Assembly: GCF_021869535.1 (NCBI RefSeq)
Contig: NW_026262679.1
Coordinates: forward strand, 43,958,001-44,022,000
Source of the DNA: Mytilus californianus
Lineage: Eukaryota
DNA: 64,000 nt
Reading direction: 5' to 3'
Part shown: piece by piece, positions 10,369-23,109 of the stretch
How positions within the stretch are numbered: the first letter of the stretch is position 1
Layout: each line of letters starts with the position of its first letter
The notes under the pieces: generated by a model
Database searches by the model: none
What the model was told of the DNA's origin: nothing
What the model saw: the letters and a program-made list of their open reading frames with translations, nothing else
Position numbers and translations under genes: made by a program

Positions 10369-13300
10369 ACATACCTTGCATTGCAAATTGCAAAAGCATT
10401 ACTTCATAATAGTAACAGGTGGCTAAGAATGAATTCCAAGGGTAAGGTCGAAAAATCTACACGAAACGCTCGGGGGAATGCACCAAAACCGTATATGTTA
10501 GTCGTCTGTTATACAAACCACGCGTTGGATCAATTTGTTGAGGGGATTATTGATTTTATGCCGGAAACCGTATTTGGTAGTCGATACCCCGAAATAGTTA
10601 GATTTGGAAGTCGATGTAAAAATCCTAAATTTGAAGAACTTTCGATAAAAAACCTACGGAGAAAAGCTCTATCGAAATTTAATAATCCTCGAGATGGAAT
10701 ACTTGAAAAAGCATCAAAAACTAAAAGAAAAATCAAGGAGATTCGAGAAACAATCGAGACATTAAAGAGCAGAAATATTGTATTGTGGTTCGATGTAATG
10801 AAATGTGTTCTTTCAGAAAATATTGCAAGTCAATTTGGAGAAAAGTTTGTTTGGTTGCAGTGGCTACATGTGTTAGAGCAATCATGGTATAAAGAAGTAA
10901 ACAAGCAATATCAAAACCAACAAAATGACGAAGCAATTAAAAATCAACTCGGTGGTTTTGCAACTGAGCTTGAAGAAGTCGAATTTGTTTCATTGATTTC
11001 TGAGAAAGAATTTGCACACAACGTGCGGTATTTGGAGGTTAATGATGTCAATTTTTTGCTCAATACTGATATTATCGGTCTCGATCTGGACAAGCAATAC
11101 GAAAATGAGCTGCAGAAAACAAATAAACTTGAAGAAAAGTGTAGAATAATTTTGCTTTTGGAAAAAGAGAAAGCAGCAAAGGAACTGCATTATGGTAAAG
11201 CCATGTCAGAAGGCCAAGTAAAAAAAATAAAAAGTATCTGGACACTTTCCATAAAAGATCGTTGGAAAATGTATAGGTATTGGTTGATGCAGTACATTAA
11301 GAAACTTCACGAACAACTGCGCAAAAGTGAAAAGAAATTCCATGATATATTTGATGACTACAAGCAAATCAGTATAGAAAAAGACGAATTTGTCATGCAA
11401 CAAGCAACAGTTTTAGCTATGACTACAACAACTGCAGCACGATATAGAGAATCTTTAAGCAAAGTTGGTCCTCTAATCACAATAATTGAAGAAGCAGCAG
11501 AAGTACCAGAGGCTCACATAGTAACTGCGATCAGCCCAAGATGTAAACATTTAATTTTGATCGGGGACCATAAGCAATTGCAACCAAAACCTGCCGTGCA
11601 TGAACTTGCAATTAAATTTAATTTGTCTGTTTCCCTGTTTGAACGAATGGTTAAGAACAACTTGAGCTACTATTGCCTTCAACGACAACATCGAATGAGA
11701 CCAGAAATTTCTGAATTGGTACGCCACATATATCACACTCTTTATGACAACGAAAATGTCTATGAATATCCATCGGTAAAAGGGATACGAAAGAGTGTGT
11801 TCTTTATCACACATAACAAAATTGAAGTTTTCAAAGATGAGGGGAGAAGTTTTTCAAACGAATACGAAGCTGAATATCTCAAAGAGCTTTATCTTTATCT
11901 GCTAAAGCAAAGATATAAACCATCTGATATAACAATAATTACGGCTTACGCTGGTCAGATGTCTTGCTTAGAAGAAAAATTGCCAAGCTCAAAGTTCAAA
12001 GGAGTTAAAATTTGCGTGCTTGACAATTACCAAGGCGAAGAAAATGAAATCATTCTTTTATCATTAGTGCGTAGCAATACGACAGGCGATATCGGATTCC
12101 TAAATCGGGAAAACAGAATTTGCGTGGCTTTGTCTAGAGCAAGGCAAGGACTTTTCATAATAGGTAACAGCGATACATTAACAAAGAAGTCTCAGCACTG
12201 GCAGACTGTAATTGGAAAACTACAAATTCAAGAGAAGGTCAACGATATAGACGAAACATCCCCTAGATACCCATCGCTTGGAAAGGCGTTGCCATTGTAC
12301 TGTCAAAATCATCCAAAAAAAGAAGGCATTCTCGCCGAGTCACCAAGTGACTTCAAAAAAGTAAAAGATGGAGGCTGTGATCTACCATGTGAATTTGAGT
12401 TATCATGTGGACATGCGTGTCGATACGATTGTCATCCATTTGACAGGGAACATAAATCATATAAATGCAAAAAACAATGTTCAGAGACATGTGCAGAAGG
12501 ACATAAATGTTTTAAGAGATGTCATTATGATGACGACTGTCGTTGCAGTGTAGAAATGGCACGCGAACTAAAATGTCAACACATAATTGTTCTTCAATGC
12601 CATGTTCATTACTCTAAATACCCATGCCCAATTAAAGTAATCAGAACATTATTATGTGGACATATCGCAACTATGGAATGTTACGTGGACCCAAACAATG
12701 TTTTATGCAAAGTCTCTGTTGACAGAGAACTGGAGTGTCGACACACAGCACAGTTAAATTGTCATGTTGATCCAAATCGCCACGAGTGTGCTATAGTCCT
12801 GACAGAAACAAGATCAAAGTGTGGTCATGAATTTGAACGCAGGTGTCATGATGCCAATTATGAGAGGTTAAATGAGTGTAGAGTTTTGATTAACGAAAAA
12901 CGAACCTCGTGTGACCATTTGATCGAACGGCATTGTTTCGACACCACATATGAAATGCGTATTGAATGCAGCATTACCGTAACAATGAACAGATCATCCT
13001 GTGGACACGAATATCAAAGACAGTGTCAAGACCGTATGTATGAGATGAGTCATGAATGCAATGACATGGTAACAGAACAGTGGTTATCTTGTAAACATTA
13101 CTACAAAAGACATTGTTTTGACTCTGACTTTGTCCAGAGGCACACTTGTCAAAATAAAATTCGTGACAAAAGAGACGATTGTGGTCATACATATGAAAGA
13201 AATTGTTCAGATACGAATTATCAACATGAACACAAATGCAGCGTCTACGTTGAGAAAAAAGTCCCACGGTGTGACCATAAAGTAAAGCTTCCATGCCACC

Positions 13301-15256
13301 AAGATGTTTCATCGCATAAATGTAGAGAAATCGTTACAAAAGATTTGGAATGCAAACATTACAATACACACGAATGTTGCAATATTGATTCAATCAAATG
13401 TAATAACAAATGCAATAAAATATGCATAAATGGCCACGTATGTACAAATTCATGTCATTTCCCCACTTCCTGTGACTGCATGGAGCTAATCGAAACAATT
13501 TTAGAGGGCTGTAAACACAAACAAAGTATCCCATGTTCAATCGATCCTAAAGTCTATCCTTGTGAAACAATGGTGAAGAAAGTTCTGAATAAATGCCACC
13601 ATTCACAGGACATGGAGTGCCATACGGACCCCGAAACAGTAAGATGTAAATTTGCAGTCCTGAAGTCTTTACCTGAATGTGGACATGAGGAAATGGTTTT
13701 ATGTTCAGAAAATCTTTCAGGCGTAAAATGTACCAAAGAAGTTGAAATAAAGTTAGAAAAATGCGGACATTCATTTGGAATTAAATGCTGGCAGAAAAGA
13801 TATATGTCTTTACAAGAAGTTAAATGTTTCGAGCCTACAATACACACGCGCTCTGATTGTGGACATATTACTACTATTCCATGTTGGGAAATATCAAGTC
13901 ATAACTTCACTCCTTGTCTGAAATTATTAGACACAACACTCTCCTGTGGTCATGTCATTAAAAGCGTTTGCAGTATGGAAGAGGAAAAAATATGCGACAA
14001 GAAATGTGAGAAACCATTGTCATGTGGACATTCATGTCCGGGGCTATGCCATGAATGCGACCATAATAAGGATTGCTCACGCCAGTGTGAAAAGGAATTT
14101 GTGTGTGGCCATGCCTGTCAAAGTGAAGTTTGTATGATGTGCACTCCGTGTCAAAATTCTTGCTTATTTGAATGTTCACATTCGAAATGTCCTTCTCAGT
14201 GCATTGATTCATGTAAACCCTGCAAAGAAAACTGTTCATGGGAATGTGAACATTATAAATGTACAAAGTTATGCTTTGAAGAATGCAACCGCCAAAGATG
14301 TTGTAATAACTGTGATCGAACTTTGTCTTGTGGTCATCAATGTCCTGGATACTGTGGTGAACCATGTCCACTGTTTTGTGCTGATTGTAAACCGGAAATG
14401 TACGTATTAAAAGAAACTTGTAAAGATGAAAAAATTGTAACATTAGTACAATGTGGTCACTCCATTGGCAGTATTTATCTTGATGAGTGTATGGATGAAA
14501 TGAAAAATCACTTAGTGTCAAGATGCCCATGTTGTAGGGCAATTATTACTTTTCATCCAAGATATGAACGAATTTTGAAAAGGCAAAAAATGGCACTAGA
14601 AGATGCTAAATTGAAGATTCGTAAGGTACGACTTAATTCACAAACTATATATCCTGCGTGTGATGCTGAAATGCTAACATCATTTGAACAGTATACAACA
14701 AGTATTGCAACATATCTTCACATTATTCGGCAAACACGACGTAAGAATGAGTTCGATCAGGAATTCCATGACACCGAGAAATTAGCCGAATCCATTCTCA
14801 AAGATATTGAAACAACCCCGGCAACTTCATTTAAAACTTGCTTACAATTGTCAGAGAAAATATTCAGTTTGTATATCCAATGGATATTGTGCCTTTTTAC
14901 GACAAAGCCAGAACTAATGGGCAAATTTGCTGGTTGGTTTCCTGCACTGAAAAAATCTACAAGTAATATTTTAAACGACTTTCTCCCCGAACAGGTGGAG
15001 TCGTTGGAAAATATTTTCGAAGAAAATGATAGAATATCAACCGACACCAATGGTCATCGCACAATGATAAGCCACGATATAGTTGTAATTGTACGCCTGT
15101 TGGAGAAACATCTAAATCAGGAACAGATTACTGAAATATTAAGACCTTTTACTGAAGACATGGAGGGCGATGGTTACTTGGCAAATACAAGAATATATCC
15201 CCAGTTACATAATGTGGTTGGCATACATAGCAGTGATTGGACAATATGTCGAAACG
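10369..15256 (+). CDS. ZNFX1: ZNFX1-like helicase core, zinc-finger array and C-terminal helical region (in frame after the TAG)
   Basis: About 1630 open codons with SF1 motifs Ia-VI, about 24 C-x-H units and a CGH...CPCC module. Ends at donor AAC G|gtaag (15256/15257). Confidence 0.85.
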
Positions 15257-16054
15257 GTAAGAATTTTATCAAGGAATATACGTGTAAGTGAAAAACATAT
15301 ACATACAAAAGTAACCCATTAAAAATAAATGACATGTAGAAATTATATAGAGTCTTCAATAATAAATAGGTTATGCATACTTATATATGTCAAGCTCAGA
15401 ATCTTCACACGTCTTTATATGCTGTGATAAATTTAGAAAGAGACACACAATTATTCGCCATCTATTTCAAATTCATTAAAGGACCTTTTTTTCACTTTTG
15501 TCTGTTTAGACCAGGCCTTTCATTCACAAAAAGTTCGATGTGCATCAAGTACGACAGACCTATTATCGTTCGTCAATTCATTGATCGATTATAGTTGTTT
15601 ACTGATGATCATTTATCGTGCGATCTTTACTGACACGCATTCCCGACGGACCAAAATATTTTCACTTCAATTGATATGTTACCATATATCATATTCATTA
15701 CATTTAAATAATTGTAAGTGAAATACCACAGAACTGAAAAAATATATTAACAGGTAGCATTTTCTGTTCAAAGCGCTTTTCTATATTCTATACTAATCTT
15801 AAACGGAAACTTTCAAATGATAGCTGCAAAAGTTTTGATAGCCAACGTTACATGTTAGTAGAAAGTCTCAAAGATAAAGGTTTTACTACAGGTATTACAA
15901 ACACTTACCATTTTTAAATATCCATGGCAATGAAGTCAACAGTGGCGGATCCAGAAATTTTCATAAGGGAGGGGGCACTGACTGCCTAAGAGGGGGCCCG
16001 CTCCAGTCATGCTTCAGTGATTCCCTATATAATCAAACAATTTTTTCCCACAAA

Positions 16055-16872
16055 AGGGAGGCCCAGGCCATGAAAATGAGGTCAAGGTCAGATAAAACCT
16101 GCCCGACACACAGTTACACCTTACAATCATTCCCTTCACCCAATATAGTTGACCTACTGATTATAGTATTTGAAAAACACATTGAAACACAAAAACTTAA
16201 CATTGATCAATGAACCATTAAAATGAGGTCAAGGTTGGATTATACATGCCAGACAGACATGTACACATTACAATCATTCCATAGACCAAGTATAGCTGAT
16301 CTACTGCTTATAGTATTTGAAAAACAAACCAAAACTCAAAAACTTAACATCGACCAATGAACTATGAAAATGAGGTCAAGGTATGCTGAAACCTGCCAGA
16401 CTGACATGTACCCATTACAATCATTCCATACACCACATATAGTTGACCTACTGCTTATAGTATTTGAGAAAAGGATCTAATCACGTAACTTTTGAACCTT
16501 GATCACTGGTCCATGAAATGAGGTCGAGGTCAGGTGAACCCTGTCTGGCGGACATGTAGACGTTGCAAGGTACCTATATACCAAATATAGTTCTTCTATT
16601 ACTCATAATAAGAGGGAAATTCACATGACAAAAAAACTCAAATTTTTGTTCAAGCAGTCACTGAACCATGAAAGTGAGGTCAATGACAATGGACATATGA
16701 CAGACGGAAAGTTCGGAACATAAGGTAAATGCATACACGATATGAAGCATCCAGGTCTTCTACCTTCTGAAATATACATCTTTATACAAATAGTTTACGC
16801 CGCCGCCGCCGCCGCCGGATAGTAATACCTGAGTCTCGCATACTGCAACTTTCGTCGCAGGCGAGACAAAAA
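16055..16872. mobile_element. HINE-like (Helentron-associated) element with about 148-bp internal repeats, in the last ZNFX1 intron
   Basis: About 5 copies of gaaaatgaggtcaaggt, a (GCC)n microsatellite, and a terminal hairpin tctcgc...gcgaga followed by an A-run. Confidence 0.65.
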
Positions 16873-17117
16873 CTATCGACGGAATGAAGTTTATCATTTT
16901 TTTGCAAACAGAAAGAAAAAATAAATACCTTGAAGTTGCTACAGTTATTCCTTTAAAACTATTATTTTATTGAGTGAATAATATTTTTTCTTAAGTTTAC
17001 CAGCTATTTGCCGCTAGGCATAAAATCATTTGTTATAGTTATTTAATACAAACTTGGGTACGTATATCTACAAACCATTAGTATAAGAATATTTGTATAC
17101 ATAAATATCAATTTTAG

Positions 17118-17851
17118 GTCATACTGTATCAACGATCTTGGATTGTTCTTGCAACATTTGTGATGGTCCCGATAATCAACAAACAGTGTTCCGGTATGAT
17201 GATGGACAAAATGTAGTCACACAAGGACTGACAAAGGCAAGAAGCGCTCAGCTTGGAAAAAGCCAGGTGTCAAATGTTAGAGGTAAAAGAAGTAATTTTT
17301 GTAAAGACAAACCAGCAGATTTTAGTGAGGATTTTAGGAATATGTATTCGCGTCCGAGAGTAAGAAATCCTATCAGAAACAAAAGTAATAGTGAAAACTT
17401 CCACGGTGTTCGGGGACAAAATCTTAGAGGTTGTAGTAAGAGTACGGAGAAAGCCATGCGGGCGAAAACAACAAATGAGGATACAAGGAAATCTTACAAA
17501 AAAGACAAAATGCATCCACTCCCTTCGTTAAAATCCGACGACGAAAGATACCATAATGAAGACGGAAAAGATAAACATAACCTAAAGGAAAATAAACAGA
17601 GGTTTCCGAACAAGGCACCGGCTACAGGTAGAAAAAATAATAAAAGTAGTAGTAATGGTACTGACAGTGGTGTGAATGAACATGCCCCTGGTCATGCAGA
17701 CAACATAGATGGTAATGAAAGTCGCGATAGTAGAAGAGCAGAATTAAATAGAGGCGGACATCGAGATCATCAGCATAACAGAGGATATCCAGGTCGTGGA
17801 CGAGGTCGCGGCGGTAACATGGGTAAGGGTCGTGGTAGTCTCCCCTGGTAA
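17118..17851 (+). CDS. ZNFX1: Terminal exon of the ZNFX1-like gene: rest of an RZ-type finger plus basic low-complexity/RGG tail
   Basis: Acceptor attttag 17111-17117. The phase-1 join reads WTICRN-G-HTVSTILDCSCNIC, matching the W-x2-C-x-NGH motif of ZNFX1, in frame with ORF 17138-17851. ATTAAA follows the stop and AATAAA occurs near 17977. Confidence 0.8.
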
Positions 17852-18913
17852 CTATTAAAAACTAGAATTTTTACAGATGGGTACCATGTTTTATCACTGT
17901 TTAATGTACCAAACCCATATTTTATCCGTGCAAAATATACCAAATTATGTGATAATATTTCGTATTCGTTAAATTAATAAACCGTAATGTGTACATCTGC
18001 ATGTGAATTTGTAAATAACTTGTCACGATACAAAGGGTAAATGTCAATGGCTGGAACTAAATGCTGTGGATTCATTCTTATTTATGTGAATTGTTATTTC
18101 TGGATTTTGTAGAAGAAAAATCAATTGACGTAATATTGTGTGAGAGATGATAGATTATCATTACCGAAACTGTTATGTAAAAAGACAGTCTATTCCAAAT
18201 ATTTTTGTTTTTATCAAAGTTAAATTCCCTTTTTCAACTTTGTGTTTTTTGTTGTTGTTGTTTTTTTTTTTTTTTTGTATATGTATAAAAGCATTAAACG
18301 TGTGTATTTGTCTTTTTGTGGATTCTAAATAAAATTTTATAGGAATTGGTAAAAATTGGATCAAAATGCTTACAAAAGTAAATTACTTCATTCACGCATT
18401 ATTAAACAGCTAAAATTGAACCCTGGCATGCATCATCTTCATCGAGAATTAAAGCATGATATATTTACCATATTCCTCATAAACCCTTTCTTTCGTGTAT
18501 TTAAATGGCAACAGCAATGTATTTTTCATATTAAAAAATGTAGCACATATATTATATTCATTCGTATCAGTCCCTTTATTTCCGGGGTATAATCACGGTT
18601 ATTATTACTGTTATTGTAGTTGTAGATATAAGAAGATGTGGTATGAGTGCCAATGAGACAACTCTCCATCCAAGTCACAATTTGTAAAAGTAAACCATTA
18701 TAGGTCAAAGTACGGCCTTCAACGCGGAGCCTTGGCTCACATTTTTACTTGTTTTAAGATAGTTGAGTTCCTGTTTAACCATGTTTGTGATGAGGTCTGA
18801 AAAAGCTAAAAAGTATCTGATTGTTTTACCATACATGACTAATACATGTATCTATCAGTCCAAGCATACAGTAAATTAATATATGTATATTTTTCTTGTT
18901 TTAATTACCGTGT

Positions 18914-19207
18914 ATGAGGGTAGGAATGCCCTTTACCGTCAGGCGTCAAAAACGGTCATTTTCGGCTACCGTTGGCGTCAAATTGGTTAGAATTTTATCG
19001 TGATTCGTCGGAGGTCTCAAATAATTACAACCGTTACCGTTATTTTTGGAAATAATTTAACGTGAGTCGTCAAAATCAGTCAATTTTTTTTATCGTCATA
19101 AAGAATATGTACATTTTATCGTCATGCACAAAAAATTACCGTTAACGTCATTTGGCAAGATTTTTTACCGTTATTCGTCATGAAGGTACCTCCATTACGA
19201 CCCTCAT
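18914..19207. mobile_element. MITE with short TIRs
   Basis: ATGAGGGTAGGAATG ... CATTACGACCCTCAT, with repeated accgt/acggt subterminal motifs. Confidence 0.5.
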
Positions 19208-22200
19208 GTATGGGGCTATGAATGAGTCACCATTTATGAGGATACGAATGGGGTTTACAGATAAGAGAATATTGGGCAAAACAATTAGATTAGGAGCGGC
19301 CAGAATAAAGAGATGATGAAATATAAAGACTATATTGATTGATTGTTGATTGCTTAATGTCCAGTGGCAAATATTTCATGCATGTTTAGGACGAATATAA
19401 TAGAGATCAAAGAATAAAGAATACAGTAAAATGGTAAAAAATTAAAAGATATAGAAATATAGAAACGATGATCTGATCCCCCCCCCCCCCCCAACCCACC
19501 CACACCACCACCACCATTACCACCCACACTCGCCTATACATCTCTAAACAAATATCTAATTTGGGGGCATGGTGCCCCCCCCCCCCCCCCCCCAGGACAT
19601 CGAGGTTCTGGATCCGCCTCTGGCTAAATATATATATTTCTATAAGTTAACCTTTCTTCGGAGAGTACTATTTTCTTAAAGAATACGATATGTCATTTCC
19701 TTCAACAGCATATTTGCCGCTATCGGTGATTTCGGAGAATTATTCTAGCCGGAGTCGCTTTTGTACTCGAGATCTTTTTTGTGTACACGTTTTAATGATT
19801 GACCTGAATAACAAACATGGTGATTCTAGAATGCCATTGAAATAAGAATTGGCTCTAGAATACCAATACAAATAGAATACATATATTATATATATATTAC
19901 GTACAAAATTTATAAGGATATCCAACACTTATATATGTCTAAATTGTATATATGCTGATAAATTCGTCTTCTTTTAAAAAAAAATATATACCTCGGTTTC
20001 TGCTATGAAAACAAAGGATAACATATTTTTGAAAGCAGGTCAGGAACTAACCGTTATTATCGATCTGAAAGTATATATGACCGAACATATGTACATTTTG
20101 AAAAGTTTGCTTTGCAAAATGAAATTTGCTCATTGTTGAAGTTATCTACAATGTTGCTTAAGTCTACGTCATATTTTATCTGTTGATTTTTTTTCCTTAT
20201 TCATATATAGGAATTATTTAATTCTTAATTTACATTTTATATAAAAAATCGATGACTGAACATCAGACGAGAAGGTGTATTGAAAACAGCAATAGTTTTG
20301 TCCATATAAAAGGTGTGATACATTTTCTACATCTTTTTTAGATCTTTTTGTAGAGCAATCTTTTATTTGGCCAATATATTACCTGTTTATATCATTATCT
20401 TTTGTTAAGACGGTTTTATTTTCATTCTCTTTCATACACTGTATTGTCCTATAGTTTGAGAAAAGAGTTTTCAATTTCATTTATTGCAAGACTAGATTAT
20501 TAATTCATTTAAAAATGATTAGTAATTCATTGGATGTCAAAAAAAGGCGGAACCCTTTTGATCTTCTTTGGAAATTTAAAGTCATGTGTTGAAGATTAAA
20601 AATCGTGCGCCCAAGACATTTAAGATATTTTAAACTCAAGAAATAATAAGTAAAAGTCAAACGCTGAAGTTTTGAAATCTAGTACAGGAGGTATAAAAAT
20701 ACAGCTCCGAAGAATTAAAGTTATTTCTAGCGCTGATTTGTTAACGTTTACTGCTATTTTTAGCAGTCTCCTTCATTTTTGTTGGACAGAATATTTATTT
20801 TCATACTGTCTTGGACAAAGTAATTTTTCCCAGTCATTGCCAGACAAGAATAGTCATAGTTTATATGCAATTAAGTTTCTATCATCCATCTTTGACATTA
20901 AGACACGACATTGCTGAAACAGAATTATTATCATTCATGCATTGAACGTTCTTCACCAGATTGGTGCGATTTTTATCTAAACGTAATTCTTTAAAATTCA
21001 CACATAAGTCACAATCTTTAAAGTTGGTTCAAAGGAATTTTATTTCTAAAGCTAATCCGCCTTTTGATGGATTTTGTTTCCTGTTTATATTGTTTGTCGA
21101 TTTTTCTGCATCATTTGATAATCAGTCATGGAAAGAATAAAAAGAGCAAGCAATTAATTCTTAGTTTGATAGTCAAAGTCTAACAAGGATTTTATTGATA
21201 TGTTATCCAAAATCTGGATTCTCCTCAATCAACACACAAACAAAAGATCAAACATTAATTAATACAATCAATTCATATACATTAAAATGTAGAATACAAA
21301 ACATTGAAAATAGAATCTTGTATGTATTTTTTCCAATTTTCTATTTGACCGAGGAGGGACAGTTTTACAGATAATTTTCGATATCTATCATAATCTTAGT
21401 AATACAATAATGAAAATGACTTATTGTGCATGTTGTTGCAATTATATTAAATATAACAAATTAACGTTAATGAACGTCTCACTTGTATACATCTCACTAA
21501 TACGGTTTATACAACAATTTACTGACATCAAAACCATTACTTCGAAATATGAGATAGAATTTTTCAATGTCTAAAAGATTATAGCAATTACACAAAACAA
21601 ACACAACAAAAACTCAGCAATGTTAAAATACACGTTAAAACAGTTATTGGTCTCCTTTCCTCAGTTCTAATGACTCCTTAATAAAAGAAAAGACTGCTTT
21701 TATATCATCCGGTGTTGATGGATTAAGTATAATCGCCAGTTTATCGGTTAAGTTAAGTTTATTAAAATTGACATATTTTTCGATGTAATATCTTAATTAC
21801 AGAGCTAACTACAGAGCTGCGGAATATTTTTTCATGTGGTTATTTAAATAATCTGTGGTTATTTAGATAATCTTAACAAAACGGGCGCGTGTTATTTGTT
21901 ATTACATTTTCCTTTCCTTTTTTGTATCTGCTAAACTTGTAGCCATAATTGTAATATTTATTTTGTTTGCCTTTCGAGAGATTTGCAAAGGAGATCGAAT
22001 GGAAAATATAATTAGCTCTGGCTACAAATTAAATCAACAATTACATTAAGGTTAACATTATTTCTTTAAAATCGCCGATATTCAAGTTTTGTATTTGGAA
22101 ACAAATAATGTTGAAATTTATACAGTATATATATATATATATATAAATATATACTACAGTGAATTCCTAGAATATGTGATTTTTGTAAGCATACAATAAT

Positions 22201-23109
22201 TAATACCTCATCGAGGTCAGCTTGTGACACAATTGACGATTTTTTTTAATGAGGTCACTTTTTTTTATCAAAGATCTAGAAACGTGTCCTTTCTCTCAAA
22301 CGTGTCAGGACCCCAACGTGTCCACACAACGTCACTGAACACGAACCATGCATAGGTACTTACGGACAGGACAATTTTTTTTAGCCCTCCCCCTTTTTTT
22401 CCAAAATCCGTTATTTTTTTGTTTTCTATTAATTTCAATTATTTTCGCATTTTTCTGTATTATAGGAACATAAATATACTACAAGTAACTTGTATTTGCT
22501 ATTTACTATCAATTCCAAGTTAACTATCGACAGCAGTCGCTAATATAATATATATAATACAACAGTGACCGCTAATTAAAAGAAAAAAAATTATACGGAT
22601 TTTGGAAAAAAAGGGGAGGGCTGAAAAAATGTCCTGTCCCAAGTACCTATGGAACCATGTCTAGCTGGTGTAGAACGTAAATGCAATGAAACAATTGAAT
22701 ATCATTGCTGTGAATGACGCTTTCTTTTGTTATATGTACAAAAATGGCATCTTCTTTTATCCAGTATTTTATTCTGTTTTGATATTATTGCACTTTAAAA
22801 CAGTATGAATACACAGGCCTAAAGAAAGTTGTTGGTCGGAATCAAAAGTTTATTCATGACGTTTTATGCAATCAAATGAAGCTGTATTTGCAAACTCTGC
22901 ACTTTAAGGGCTTATTCTTCTTAAGAAATAAACAATGTCATTATCAGACTAAAACATCGTGTTTCAATTCACATATTTCTTGAAGATTGTCATTTCTGTC
23001 AGAATCACTTTCATCCATCTCAACATATATGAAATTTCGCTAAAGCGATATGTATTATTCACATCAAAGATTCATCCTAATTATGGGACTCGTTACTGGT
23101 TTTATTTAT

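Larger units (their letters stand above)
8893..17851 (+). pseudogene. ZNFX1: ZNFX1-like (NFX1-type zinc finger SF1/UPF1-like helicase) gene with one premature amber stop at the Walker A lysine; null allele, recent pseudogene, recoding site or base-call error
   Basis: ORFs 8887-10368 and 10381-15291 share one frame and are separated only by TAG 10366-10368 in LIQGPPGTG*TYL. SF1 motifs follow (IIEEAAEV, LIGDHKQLQP, SLFERM, QHRMRPEI, DNYQGEE, RICVALSRAR), then a long Cys/His array. ATG 8893 follows an acceptor (ttttag 8862-8867) and an in-frame TAA at 8869. Phase-1 intron 15257-17117. Confidence 0.88.

Noticed and set aside
9261-15050. Antisense and alternate-frame ORFs inside the ZNFX1 exon
   Set aside because: Shadow ORFs of a long coding exon, with no recognisable domains.
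15940-19622. Inverted CAGTGGCGGATCCAG / CTGGATCCGCCTCTG ends bracketing the ZNFX1 last exon (possible exon-capturing transposon)
   Set aside because: The flanking 8-mers differ (gaagtcaa versus gctaaata), so there is no TSD; these are better read as two independent MITE fragments.
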